Below the pieces are notes generated by a model. That model saw nothing but the letters and a program-made list of their open reading frames with translations, ran no database searches and was not told the origin of the DNA. Below are positions 1-9,993 of a stretch of 64,000 bases of DNA, one piece after another (position 1 is the stretch's first letter; each line of letters starts with the position of its first letter). This stretch comes from an uncultured Chloroflexia bacterium (GTDB lineage: Bacteria; Chloroflexota; Limnocylindria; Limnocylindrales; CSP1-4): NCBI GenBank assembly GCA_963813335.1, contig CAWEYL010000006.1, positions 90,185-154,184 on the forward strand. Reading direction: 5' to 3'. The translations under genes were made by a program, and so were the position numbers.

Positions 1-228
1 AGGGTGTGTCACCGGTGGCGTCGGCTTCGGCTACCGCGGCTCCAGCCGATGTGGGTCCGTCGGATGCGGGTCTGTCACCGCTCACGCTCGTGATCGCGGC
101 CGTCCTCGTGATCTTGATCGTCGTCGTGGCGCTCTTCCTGATCCCGGCCCGGCGCGACTCGAAGGGCGACCGGACGGGCTGACCTTCGTCCGGTTTCGCA
201 TCCGAAACCCGCTGCTATCCTCGGGGGC

Positions 229-996
229 ATGCTCGACGGCGGTTCCGACGGGGGTGCGCGAACGGGCCCGTATGGCTCGACGGGCTACGGCGTGGGCGCC
301 CCGCGGATCCTCCTGGTCGACGACGACCCGGACCTGCTGGTGCTGCTGGCCGACCAGCTGCGCAACGACGGGTATCTCGTCACGACGGCACGGGACGGGG
401 TCGAGGCCGTGCGTCGGCTGGAGACAGCGTGGCCGGATCTCCTGCTGATCGACATGATGATGCCCCGCCGCGACGGGCTGTCCCTCGCGCGCGAGGTCAA
501 GGCGATGGCCGACCTGCCGATCATCGTGCTGTCCGCCATCGACGCCGGGGACTCCAAGGCCGACCTCCTCGACGAGGTGGCCGAGGACTACATCACCAAG
601 CCCTACCACTATCCCGAGCTGCGGGCCCGCATCAACCGGGTCCTGCGCCGGCTCGGCGACAAGGTGCCGCGAAGGAGCCTGGTCCTGGGACCGAATCTGA
701 CGCTCGAGCTGCATCGCCGCGAGGCGACCGTCGGCGGCGAGACCGTCAAGCTGACCCCGACCGAGTCGCGCCTGCTCTACGCGCTGGCCGCGAACCTCGG
801 GATCACGGTCTCGACCGACACGCTGCTGGTCCGCGGCTGGGCGGAGACCGAGGACGCCGACCCGTCCTACGTCTGGGTCACGATGCGCCGGCTCCGCCAG
901 AAGCTGGAAGTGGACCCCAACAAGCCGGCGCACCTGCTGACGGTCCGCGGCATCGGGTACCGGCTCGTCGCCACGGAGGCGCCGGGCGGTGTCTGA
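229..996 (+). CDS. OmpR/KdpE-family response regulator (REC + winged helix)
   Basis: ILLVDDD, DLLLIDMMMP, DYITKPY receiver motifs; LTPTE...LRQKLE...TVRGIGY wHTH. Confidence 0.93.
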   Translation: MLDGGSDGGARTGPYGSTGYGVGAPRILLVDDDPDLLVLLADQLRNDGYLVTTARDGVEAVRRLETAWPDLLLIDMMMPRRDGLSLAREVKAMADLPIIVLSAIDAGDSKADLLDEVAEDYITKPYHYPELRARINRVLRRLGDKVPRRSLVLGPNLTLELHRREATVGGETVKLTPTESRLLYALAANLGITVSTDTLLVRGWAETEDADPSYVWVTMRRLRQKLEVDPNKPAHLLTVRGIGYRLVATEAPGGV

Positions 997-2554
997 GGAG
1001 CGCGGCTCGGGCGCGTCCTCGTCGCCGGTCCTCAGCGGGCCCGCGGTCCCGCCGGCGGCCAGCATCACCGGCGTGTCGGCCGTGGGGGTGCCGGTCCAGG
1101 CGATCCCGACGCGCAGCTCGCGGTTCGCCTTCCGCACGCGGCTGACGCTGGCGCTCCTCGCGAGCGCGATCCTGCCGCTCGCGGTCTTCTGCATCGTCGG
1201 GCTCCTGATCGTCCTGGTGCTGATCCAGGGGCCGCTCGACCCGACGATCGCGCGGCTGCTGCTGTTCGCCCTGGCCATCGTGATCACCCTGGCGATCATC
1301 GGGTCGTACCTGCTGGTCGAGGACCTGACCGCGCCGCTGCGCGGGTTCGCGCGGGCGGTCGACCGGGTGTCCGCGGGCGACCTGTCGCACCCGATCCACA
1401 TCGCCGGCGACGACGAGCTGGCCCACCTGGCCGAGAGCCACAACCGGCTGGCGGCCGATCTGCTGCGGCGCAACCAGGAGCTGGGGCGGATCCTCCAGGC
1501 GATCGAGGCGGTCTCGCCACGGGACGGGGTCCAGTTCCTGGCCTCACGGGCAGCCGATGACGCGAAAGCCGCGTTCGGGATGATCGACGCAGCCGTCTAC
1601 CTGGGCAACCCCGCCCATATCCCGATCATGGATGCGGTCCCCGGGGAGTCGCGGCCGTTGCGGGCCGTGCTCCGGGCGGGCGGCGAGGAACTGGGCGTGC
1701 TGTTCGGGCGACTGCCCGCGACCCGGTCGTGGGAGCGCGCCGACGGCGACCTGCTGGGGCTGTTCGCGAGCCACGTCGCGGTCGCGATCCGCAACGCCCA
1801 GCTGTTCACCCAGGTCGAGGAGCAGAACGCGCAGCTCATCGAGCTGGATGCGGCGAAGGACGAGTTCCTCCGCGGCGTCAGCCACAACCTCCAGACGCCG
1901 CTGACCTCGATCCGCGCCCATGCCGAGCAGCTGGGCGAGGACCGGCCGGACCGCCGGCTCGGGATCATCGCGGAGCAGTCGGAGCGGCTCTCGCGGATGG
2001 TCCGGCAGCTGCTGACGGTGACCCGGCTGGAGTCCGGGGCCTTCAAGCCGAAGGCCGATGTCGTCGCGCTGGGCGGACGGGTGAAGAAGGCGTGGGAGGC
2101 GCTCGGCGCCGACGGCGTCGCGTTCACCCTCGAGGACCGCTCCGATGGCTGGCTGGCGATCGCCGACGCGGACCAGCTCGACCAGGTGCTGTGGGCGCTG
2201 CTCGACAACGCCGTGAAGTACGGGGAGCGTCGGCCGGTGTCGGTGGAGGTCATCGCGATCGTCGCGTCGCCCGACGTGTCACAGCTGCGGGTCACGATCA
2301 CCGACGCCGGGCCGGGCGTGTCGGAGGCCGATCGCGAGCTGCTGTTCGGGCGGTTCCAGCGGGGCACGCAGCCGGTGGGCGACGCCGTCGGGGCCGGCCT
2401 CGAGGGGACGGGGCTGGAGGGGTCGGGCCTCGGGCTCTACGTGTCGCGCGAGCTGTGCCGGGCGATGGACGGGGACCTGGTGCTCGAGCCGCCGGTGGCG
2501 GGCCAGGGGGCGTCGTTCAGCATCTACCTGCCGGGCGAGCCCGCCACGGAATAG
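989..2554 (+). CDS. Sensor histidine kinase (2 TM, HAMP, GAF-like, HisKA, HATPase)
   Basis: H-box VSHNLQTPLTSI, N-box LLDNAVKY, DAGPGV and GSGLGL G-boxes; overlaps the RR stop. Confidence 0.92.
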   Translation: MSEERGSGASSSPVLSGPAVPPAASITGVSAVGVPVQAIPTRSSRFAFRTRLTLALLASAILPLAVFCIVGLLIVLVLIQGPLDPTIARLLLFALAIVITLAIIGSYLLVEDLTAPLRGFARAVDRVSAGDLSHPIHIAGDDELAHLAESHNRLAADLLRRNQELGRILQAIEAVSPRDGVQFLASRAADDAKAAFGMIDAAVYLGNPAHIPIMDAVPGESRPLRAVLRAGGEELGVLFGRLPATRSWERADGDLLGLFASHVAVAIRNAQLFTQVEEQNAQLIELDAAKDEFLRGVSHNLQTPLTSIRAHAEQLGEDRPDRRLGIIAEQSERLSRMVRQLLTVTRLESGAFKPKADVVALGGRVKKAWEALGADGVAFTLEDRSDGWLAIADADQLDQVLWALLDNAVKYGERRPVSVEVIAIVASPDVSQLRVTITDAGPGVSEADRELLFGRFQRGTQPVGDAVGAGLEGTGLEGSGLGLYVSRELCRAMDGDLVLEPPVAGQGASFSIYLPGEPATE

Positions 2555-3354
2555 GTCTCCGGGCGGCGGTTCGCGAGCGCCGGGATCTGCCGGCGGACCG
2601 CGGCGACCCGGTCGAGGTCCAGCTCGGCGCGGATGATCCCGACGGTGTCGGCGGCCTGTGCGACCACCGTCCCCCACGGGTCGATGACCATGCTCCGGCC
2701 GTAGGCGGGCGCGCGTCCGCCGCCGGTCTGCGCGGGCGCGAGGACGTAGGCGCCGTTCTCGATCGCGCGAGCGCGGAGCAGCACCTCCCAGTGGTCGCGG
2801 CCGGTGCGCTCGGTGAAGTTGGCGGGGACCGTCAGGATCTCGGCGCCGGCCAGCGCGAGCGTCCGGTACAGCTCCGGGAAGCGGACGTCGTAGCAGATGG
2901 TCAGGCCGAGGGTGATGCCGTCCACAACGGCGGTCACGGCCGCGTCGCCGGCGCTCACGCGCGCGGACTCCGTGTCGGCCGGTCCCCGGTCGACGGCGAC
3001 ATCGAACAGGTGGATCTTGCGGTAGGTGGCGCAGATGTCGCCATTGGGGTCGAGGAGGACGCTCGTGTTGAAGGGGCGGTCCGGGTCGGCCGAGGCTTCG
3101 GCCAGGCTGCCGACGAGGATCCACGTCCCGTGGCGGCGCGCGACCTCGGCGAACGCGTCCGTGTGCTCGCCGGGGACCGGGCGCGCGCTGGCGCGGAAGC
3201 CCGCGTCCGGCCCGCGGTATTGCAGGTACTCGGGGAGGGCCACCAGGCGTGTGCCGCCGGCGGCGGCTTCGGCGGCCAGGGCGGTGGCGCGCTCGATGTT
3301 GGCATCGACGTCGTCGGTGGCGTCCAGCTGGACGAGCGCCACGGAAAGCTTCAT
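2524..3354 (-). CDS. Carbon-nitrogen hydrolase (Nit1-like amidase)
   Basis: LPEY, YRKIHLFD, ICYDVRFPEL triad motifs; ARAIENGAYV; start set at MKLSVALVQ. Confidence 0.92.
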   Translation of the reverse strand: MKLSVALVQLDATDDVDANIERATALAAEAAAGGTRLVALPEYLQYRGPDAGFRASARPVPGEHTDAFAEVARRHGTWILVGSLAEASADPDRPFNTSVLLDPNGDICATYRKIHLFDVAVDRGPADTESARVSAGDAAVTAVVDGITLGLTICYDVRFPELYRTLALAGAEILTVPANFTERTGRDHWEVLLRARAIENGAYVLAPAQTGGGRAPAYGRSMVIDPWGTVVAQAADTVGIIRAELDLDRVAAVRRQIPALANRRPETYSVAGSPGR

Positions 3355-3439
3355 GCGGTCATCGTAGGGGGTCGCGGTGGGCGAGCGCGCGTGGCGTGCG
3401 GGGTCGGGTGGCGCCCGCCAGGGCTCGCCCATCCGCCGT

Positions 3440-3902
3440 TATGCACGTTTCTCCAGGGGGACACCCTCCGATTCGCGTATGCACCTCGGCTGCATATCCG
3501 GCTGGGATGTTCGGCGTCTGCCGTCAGTTCCCGCCCTGGACCGGCCCTGGCCCGCCAGGTGGGCATCGGCGACCAATGATCACGCAGCCGGCACCCTCGC
3601 TATGCATCCCAGGGTGCATTGCAGGGCGGGTTGGCGATGAGGACAAGCCCAAAGCGTCGATCGTGCCCGCCCGGTGAGCCAGCGCGGCAGGGTTCGGTCC
3701 CGTGACGGCGTCGACTCGTCGCGGATGCCCGTGGAGCGGGCCTCCGGTGTCGCGGGCGCGCCTGGCCCGATCCCGAGGCGACCGGTGGGCCTACGGTGCC
3801 GCGGGCACTCCTGGCCCGAGCTCGAGGCGACCCGCGGGCCTCCGATATGCATCCGAGGTGCATACCGATTCTGAAAGCCACCGCCCCTGCGAAACGTGCA
3901 TA
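3440..3902. repeat. Intergenic ~60-bp imperfect inverted repeat pair (3440-3498 / 3844-3902) with a third TATGCA..TGCAT palindrome at 3601-3619
   Basis: tatgcacgtttc...gtatgcacctcggctgcatatc versus the reverse complement of gatatgcatccgaggtgcatac...gaaacgtgcata. Confidence 0.75.
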
Positions 3903-4078
3903 TCCCCACGCCGGGACCGCCGCGCCGGGACCGCACGCCGCCCCCGCGGACGCCCGGAACGATTGCGAATTCCAAACCGGTCCTCTCACCGAGCCTTCAG
4001 GAACGGACGCGATAGTGGGAGGCAACGGGCTCGACTCGAGCCATCCGACCACCCACCCGAACCGTGAGATGTGCCGCC

Positions 4079-5155
4079 ATGACCCTGTCCCCCGATCCCA
4101 AGTCGGCCGCGCCCGCCGCGGCCGCGCCCGCCGCGCCCGCGCACGCCCCCGACCTCCACGCCGTCCCTGACACGAGCGACGCCCGCGCCATCAGCGAGTC
4201 GATCCTCTTCGAGGTCCGCCGCGTCATCGTCGGCCAGGACCAGATGCTCGAGCGGATCCTCGTCGGCCTGCTGTCCGGCGGCCACATCCTCCTCGAGGGT
4301 GTCCCGGGCCTCGCCAAGACGCTCACGATCAAGACGCTCGCCGACGTCCTCGGCGGCTCCTTCAAGCGCATCCAGTTCACGCCCGACCTGATGCCGTCCG
4401 ACCTGGTCGGCACGCGCATCTACCGCCCCGGCGCCGCCAGCTTCGACACCGAGCTCGGCCCGGTGTTCGCCAACTTCCTGCTCGCCGACGAGATCAACCG
4501 CGCGCCGGCCAAGGTGCAGAGCGCGCTCCTCGAGGTCATGCAGGAGCACCAGGTCACGATCGGCCACAACACCTACCAGGTCCCGACCCCGTTCCTCGTC
4601 CTCGCGACGGAGAACCCGATCGAGGCCGAGGGCACCTACCCGCTGCCCGAGGCGCAGGTCGACCGCTTCATGCTCAAGATCCTCGTCGGCTACCCCAGCG
4701 CGACCGAGGAGGCCCAGATCGTCGCCCGCTCGCTCCGCCCGGGGCTCCCGCCGCGCAAGGTCCTCGACGCCGAGGAGCTCATCGCGCTCCAGGAGCGCGT
4801 CAACGAGGTCTACGTCGACCCGCGCATCATCAGCTACGCGGTCGGCCTCGTCGAAGCCACCCGCAAGCTCGAGTACTGGGGCGCGCCGGACCTCGCACCG
4901 TACGTCTCGTACGGCGCCAGCCCGCGCGGCTCGATCAACCTCGTCAATGGCGCCCGCGCGCTGGCTGTCCTCCGCGGCCGCCGCTACGTGCTGCCGAGCG
5001 ACGTGGCCGAGCTCGCGCCCGACGTCCTCCGCCACCGCATCATCCTCAGCTACGCGGCCCTTGCGGACGGGATCACCCCCGACGCGGTCATCGCTCGCGT
5101 GCTGACCCTGGTCCGCGCCCCGCACCTCGACATGGCGGGCGAGATCTCGGCATGA
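4079..5155 (+). CDS. moxR: MoxR-family AAA+ ATPase
   Basis: LEGVPGLAKT, RIQFTPDLMPSD, LADEINRAPAKVQSALLEVMQE, YPLPEAQVDRF, GASPRG. Confidence 0.95.
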   Translation: MTLSPDPKSAAPAAAAPAAPAHAPDLHAVPDTSDARAISESILFEVRRVIVGQDQMLERILVGLLSGGHILLEGVPGLAKTLTIKTLADVLGGSFKRIQFTPDLMPSDLVGTRIYRPGAASFDTELGPVFANFLLADEINRAPAKVQSALLEVMQEHQVTIGHNTYQVPTPFLVLATENPIEAEGTYPLPEAQVDRFMLKILVGYPSATEEAQIVARSLRPGLPPRKVLDAEELIALQERVNEVYVDPRIISYAVGLVEATRKLEYWGAPDLAPYVSYGASPRGSINLVNGARALAVLRGRRYVLPSDVAELAPDVLRHRIILSYAALADGITPDAVIARVLTLVRAPHLDMAGEISA

Positions 5156-6135
5156 CGAGCATGGCACGGCCGGGCGGCGCGACCGCCGCGCGGCCGACCG
5201 CCGACCTGGCCAACTCGGCCGGGCGGGTCCGAACCCCCGCCCGCCCCGGCCCCGGCCCCATCGCCGACGACCTGGTCCGCCGGCTCGAGGTCTCGCTGAC
5301 CCGACGCGTCGGTGGCCGGATGACCGGCGACCACCGCGGCCGCGGCCTCGGCGAGGGCCTGGAGCTCGACCGGCTTCGTCCCTACGAGCCGGGCGACGAC
5401 GTCCGGCGCATCGACTGGAACGCCACGGCCCGAAGCCTGGCCCCGCAGGTCCGCGAGGACGTGCCGGACCGGCAGATGACCGCCTGGCTCCTGCTCGACC
5501 AGTCCGCCTCGATGCAGTTCGGCACCGCCGACCGGCGCAAGGCCGACGTGGCCGAGGGCGCGGCGCTCGTGGTCGGTCGCTTCGTGGCCCGACGGACCGA
5601 CCGCCTCGGGGTCATCACCTTCGGCTCGGGCGAGCGCGAGACGATCATGCCACCCGCGGGCGGCCGTGTCGGGCTCACCGGCCTGGTCCGGGCGCTCGCG
5701 CACGAGCCCGCCGACGAGGGCGGCGGCCAGACCTCGATGCAGCGCGCGCTGCGGGTCATCGCCGCGGCCCGCACGACCCCGGGCCTCGTCGTGGTCATCT
5801 CCGACTTCCGCGGTGCCCAGGACTGGCGCCGCGAGATGACCGCGATCGCCGGCCGCCACACGGTCCTCGCGATCGAGATCACCGACCCGCGCGAGGAGAG
5901 CCTCGTCGACGTCGGCGAGCTCACCCTCATCGACCCCGAGACCGGACGCACGGTCCGCATCGACACCGGCGACCGCAAGCTTCGACACGCCTTCGATGAC
6001 GCCGCCGCCAGCGAGCGCGCCGCCCTGGCGGCCGAGTTCGCCCGGCTGGGCGTCCGACACCTCCGACTTTCCACCGACGGCCCCTGGCTGACCGCGTTCG
6101 CGCGCGGCCTCGACACGACTGGACGAATCGCATGA
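5152..6135 (+). CDS. DUF58 domain protein
   Basis: RPYEPGDDVRRIDWNATAR, LDQSASM, VISDF; translationally coupled to moxR. Confidence 0.92.
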   Translation: MTSMARPGGATAARPTADLANSAGRVRTPARPGPGPIADDLVRRLEVSLTRRVGGRMTGDHRGRGLGEGLELDRLRPYEPGDDVRRIDWNATARSLAPQVREDVPDRQMTAWLLLDQSASMQFGTADRRKADVAEGAALVVGRFVARRTDRLGVITFGSGERETIMPPAGGRVGLTGLVRALAHEPADEGGGQTSMQRALRVIAAARTTPGLVVVISDFRGAQDWRREMTAIAGRHTVLAIEITDPREESLVDVGELTLIDPETGRTVRIDTGDRKLRHAFDDAAASERAALAAEFARLGVRHLRLSTDGPWLTAFARGLDTTGRIA

Positions 6136-7229
6136 ACTTCCTCGCGCCGATGCTCCTGCTGGGGCTCCTGCTGGTACCGGTCCTGGTGGGCCTGTACCTG
6201 CTGGTCCAGCGCCGCCGGACCCGCTACGCGGTCCGCTTCACCAACCTCGACCTGCTCGCCAACCTGGCGCCGCAGCGGCCCGCCTGGCGCCGCCACGTGC
6301 CCGCGGCGATCTACCTCGTCGCGGTGGCCATGCTCGCGATCGGGCTGGCCCGGCCGACGATGGTCCTCGCCGTGCCGCGCGAGGACTCCACGGTCATCCT
6401 CGCCATCGACATCTCGGGCTCCATGAAGGCCACCGACGTCGCCCCGAGCCGGCTCGAGGCGGCCAAGGCCGCGGCCCATTCGTTCATCAAGCAGCTCCCC
6501 GCGGGCATCCGCGTCGGGATCGTGTCCTTCGCCTCGCACCCCGAGACCCTGGTCGAGCCGTCGGCCGACCACGCGAAGCTGGACGAGGCGATCGACAGCC
6601 TGAAGCCACGCGACGGCACCGCGATGGGTGACGCCCTGATGCAGGTGCTCGACATCGCCGAAGCCATCAAGGCCGACGCCGGCACCACCGGTTCGACGGG
6701 CGCGATGCCGGCTTCACCGGCTCCGTCGGCCAGCGCGGCGCCGGGCGCCTCCGCGGCACCGGATGCGTCGGCGGCGCCGTCTCCCTCGGCCAGCGGGGCG
6801 CCGGTCGACGGGCCGTCGGGCGAGCCGCTCGTCGCGGCGATCCTGCTCTCGGACGGGGCCAACTCCGTCGGCGAGACGGAGCCCATCGACGCGGCGAACC
6901 GGGCCGCGACCCTGAACGTGCCGATCTACACCATCGCCCTCGGGACGCCGAACGGCCAGATCCAGGTCCGCGACGACAACGGTCAGCTGGTGACCCTGGA
7001 CGTGCCGCCCGACACCAAGACGCTGGCGCAGATCGCCGAGGTCACCGGCGCCACGGCATTCGACGCCACCACCGCCCAGGACCTGAGCGCCGTCTACGAC
7101 AACCTGCAGTCGCGCATCGGCTACACGCAGGAGACCCAGGAGGTCACGTTCGCGTTCGCGGCCGCGGCCCTGGTCCTGGTCGTGGCGGGAGCCGGGTTGT
7201 CCGCCCTCTGGTTCGGCCGGCTGCCGTAG
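6132..7229 (+). CDS. BatA-like VWA-domain membrane protein
   Basis: N-terminal TM + LARP, MIDAS DISGSM, TAMGDAL, LLSDG, C-terminal TM. Confidence 0.92.
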   Translation: MNFLAPMLLLGLLLVPVLVGLYLLVQRRRTRYAVRFTNLDLLANLAPQRPAWRRHVPAAIYLVAVAMLAIGLARPTMVLAVPREDSTVILAIDISGSMKATDVAPSRLEAAKAAAHSFIKQLPAGIRVGIVSFASHPETLVEPSADHAKLDEAIDSLKPRDGTAMGDALMQVLDIAEAIKADAGTTGSTGAMPASPAPSASAAPGASAAPDASAAPSPSASGAPVDGPSGEPLVAAILLSDGANSVGETEPIDAANRAATLNVPIYTIALGTPNGQIQVRDDNGQLVTLDVPPDTKTLAQIAEVTGATAFDATTAQDLSAVYDNLQSRIGYTQETQEVTFAFAAAALVLVVAGAGLSALWFGRLP

Positions 7230-7259
7230 GCCGGTCCGCTCCCCGAACACCGGATAGCG

Positions 7260-7294
7260 CGACGCCCGGGCCGATCACCTCGGTCCGGGCGTCG
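7260..7294. terminator. GC-rich hairpin between convergent genes
   Basis: cgacgcccgggccga-tcacc-tcggtccgggcgtcg; no U-tract. Confidence 0.5.
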
Positions 7295-7328
7295 TCGATC
7301 CGTCGGGGGAGCCCGCGGGGCCCCTCCC

Positions 7329-8651
7329 CTAGCTGACCTGTGGCACCTGGCAGGCGAACGCGGTCGACCCCGCAGCCCGTGCCGCGGCGGCCACGGCCGA
7401 GCCGCTGGCTGGCTGGCCAGGGATGACGGCCGATGCGGCGGCCGCTTCCTGGACCACCAGCGCCGTGACCATCCCGAACATCCCGTTCTGGCCCTCGGCG
7501 TGCTGGAGGATGTGGCAGTGGAACGCCCACGCGCCCAGCTCGTCGCACTTGATCACGACGTCCCAACGCTCCCCTGGGTTGACGCCCAGGGTGTCGCAGG
7601 TGAACGCCGCTGACCCGAGTGGATGCCCGTCCCGGGCCACGACCCGCATCGGCACCCCGTGGAGGTGCCAAGGGTGGCTCATGTTGCCCTCGTTCATGAA
7701 GCGGATCACGATCGTCTCGCCCAGCGTGGCCACGATGGGCGCCGTGGCGGGGAAGCCGCGGCCGTTGATCGTGAACCCGCCCAGCGCGTCGTTGCTGATC
7801 CAGACGATGTCCTGGGTCGCGCCGTACAGCTTGTCGTAGCGCTGCGCGGGATCCTTCGGGTGGACGATGAACGCCCCCAGCAGCCCGCGCCCCACCTGGT
7901 CGGTGGCGTTGTGGTGCGAGTGGTACATGTGCGACCCGGTCATCTTGGCGACGAACTCGTAGGTGAAGCTGCCGCCCGGCGGGATCGGGTCCTGGGTGAT
8001 GTGCGGGACGCCGTCCATGGCGTTCGGCACGCGCTGGCCGTGGAAGTGGATGCCGGTCGACTCGGCCATGTTGTTCTTGAAGATGGCGCGGATCTTGTCG
8101 CCCTCGACCACCTCGAGCCGCGGGCCTGGCCATGTGCCGTTGAACCCGAGGGCGTCGAGGTCCTTGGCCTGCGCATCGATCTTGTGCTTGATCGGGTCGA
8201 CCGTCATGTCGAAGACCTTGGTGTCGCCGTCGAGCTTCGGCTCGAGCGGCTGGTTGCCGGTCCCCTCCATCGACGCGCTCTCGCCGCCGAGGAAGCGCTC
8301 GACGACCGCGAGGGCCATCGCGTCATGGTCGACGGGCGGGCTGGCGCTCGGCGCTGCGGACGGCGACGCGGACGCGTGGTCCATCGATGGGGCGGCCGAT
8401 GCCGACGGGGCGGCGCTCGCGCTGGCCGACGGAGCGGCACTCGGCGCATATGGCCCCGGGGTCGCCGGGGCGTAGGTCCAGCCCCGTGCCGCGGCGGGCG
8501 GGGCACAGGCCACGACGGTGGTCGCGACGAGGCCCGCGCCCGTGATGGTCGCGGCACGAAGAAACCCCCGCCGGCTGACAGGGCCGGCGAGGGCTGCCTC
8601 CTCCGCGCCCGACGCGGAGGAGGCGGGATCGTCCAGGGAGAGATCGGCCAT
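7329..8651 (-). CDS. Tat-exported two-domain multicopper oxidase
   Basis: SRRGFL Tat motif and VVAC possible lipobox; IHFHG, MYHSH, HPWHLHG, HCHILQH..GM copper motifs. Confidence 0.9.
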   Translation of the reverse strand: MADLSLDDPASSASGAEEAALAGPVSRRGFLRAATITGAGLVATTVVACAPPAAARGWTYAPATPGPYAPSAAPSASASAAPSASAAPSMDHASASPSAAPSASPPVDHDAMALAVVERFLGGESASMEGTGNQPLEPKLDGDTKVFDMTVDPIKHKIDAQAKDLDALGFNGTWPGPRLEVVEGDKIRAIFKNNMAESTGIHFHGQRVPNAMDGVPHITQDPIPPGGSFTYEFVAKMTGSHMYHSHHNATDQVGRGLLGAFIVHPKDPAQRYDKLYGATQDIVWISNDALGGFTINGRGFPATAPIVATLGETIVIRFMNEGNMSHPWHLHGVPMRVVARDGHPLGSAAFTCDTLGVNPGERWDVVIKCDELGAWAFHCHILQHAEGQNGMFGMVTALVVQEAAAASAVIPGQPASGSAVAAAARAAGSTAFACQVPQVS

Positions 8652-8654
8652 GGG

Positions 8655-9419
8655 TCAGGCGCCGGTGGAGGTCGATGGAGCCGCACCACCCTTGAACACC
8701 GCTCCGGGCTTCCACGGGGCGCCGAGCGCCGGCAGGAGGAAGCGGTCGACGCCGTAGTAGCCGGCGACGCGCCAGGCGAGGATCAGGCCGACGGCCATGG
8801 TGAACAGGATCGGGTTGGTGGACGACGAACCGGCGAGCAGGAACGACATGTTCATCATCGCGCCGAAGAACGCCGCGACGCCGGTCAGGAGCCCGAGGAG
8901 CAGCCCGATGCCGACGGCCAGCTCGCCGAGCGTGATCAGCCAGGCGAACCAGGTCTCGTGGTGGCCGGCGATCAGGAAGTTGATGAAGTCGCGGTACCAC
9001 TCATAGGAGATCGGGGGACGACCCTGGCCCGCGTCGGGGACCTTGGCCGCGGCCTGCCAGAAGCCGGCGAGCGCCGAGCCGCCGTCGATCCAGCCACCGC
9101 CGGTGAGCTTGTGCCAGCCGGCCTCGAGCCATGCGAAGCCGAGGAACAGGCGGATGGGCAGCCAGAACAGTCCGGCCTGGGCGTTGTAGAAGAGGAAGCG
9201 CGCGAAGCGGGGGCCTTCCATCTGGACGTCCTCGGCGCCCGGGTCCTTGCGCGCCTGGAAGAGGACGACGAGCAACGCGATGAACGAGATCCAGAACCCG
9301 ACCGTCATCGCCTGGCGGAGCGGACCCTCGTCGATATTGACCCAGGGGTTGAACAACAGGATGAGTAACGCGGTCGCGACGATCCCGAGTGGGATGCCAT
9401 AGCGACGGATCGCAGCCAT
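8655..9419 (-). CDS. DoxX/DoxD (TQO small subunit-like) membrane protein
   Basis: RLFLGFAWLEAGWHK, GELAVGIGLLLG, NMSFLLAGSSSTNP, AGYYGVD; GGAGG RBS before ATG 9419. Confidence 0.85.
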   Translation of the reverse strand: MAAIRRYGIPLGIVATALLILLFNPWVNIDEGPLRQAMTVGFWISFIALLVVLFQARKDPGAEDVQMEGPRFARFLFYNAQAGLFWLPIRLFLGFAWLEAGWHKLTGGGWIDGGSALAGFWQAAAKVPDAGQGRPPISYEWYRDFINFLIAGHHETWFAWLITLGELAVGIGLLLGLLTGVAAFFGAMMNMSFLLAGSSSTNPILFTMAVGLILAWRVAGYYGVDRFLLPALGAPWKPGAVFKGGAAPSTSTGA

Positions 9420-9669
9420 CGGATGCCTCCTTCTCCCTTTCGGCCCGGCGGGCCGTGTCCCTCGGGACTTGCCTGCCGAGGTTGCCGGTTGGGCACGAGC
9501 ACACGATACGGCGCATTGGCCCATGAAAAGGGGGCCGGTTGTCACTCGGGCCCGGGACCCTCCCGGCGGTCGCGCCGCCCGTGCCCCTTGAAGTCGGGGG
9601 TCGGCCGACGTACAGTGCCCGCGACGCTATATCGCGTCACGACATACCCTGCCAACGCGAGGACCGCGC

Positions 9670-9993
9670 ATGCCTGAGCCCCTCCAGGAACTCGGCCGCT
9701 TCGCCGAGCCGTCCCTGTACATCCTGGTGTCGCTCTCGGACGGGCCGAAGCACGGCTACGCGATCATGGCCGACGTCGAGGCCATCTCCGGCAGCCCGAT
9801 GGGGCCCGGGACCCTGTACGGCGCCGTGGCGCGTCTCGAGAAGCGCGGCCTGATCGAGGCGCTCGAGCCCGAGGATCGCCGCCGGCCCTACCGCTTGACG
9901 GCGCTGGGGGCGGCCACGCTCGAGGGGCAGCTCGAGAGCCTGAGCTCGTTCACGCGGACCGGGCTCGCCAGACTGCGGGGGAAGGCGACGTGA
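9670..9993 (+). CDS. PadR-family transcriptional regulator
   Basis: LSDGPKHGYAI, GPGTLYGAVARLE, RRPYRLTALG. Confidence 0.92.
   Translation: MPEPLQELGRFAEPSLYILVSLSDGPKHGYAIMADVEAISGSPMGPGTLYGAVARLEKRGLIEALEPEDRRRPYRLTALGAATLEGQLESLSSFTRTGLARLRGKAT

Noticed and set aside
3440-3902. CRISPR array
   Set aside because: Repeats are few, inverted and irregularly spaced; no cas genes in the window
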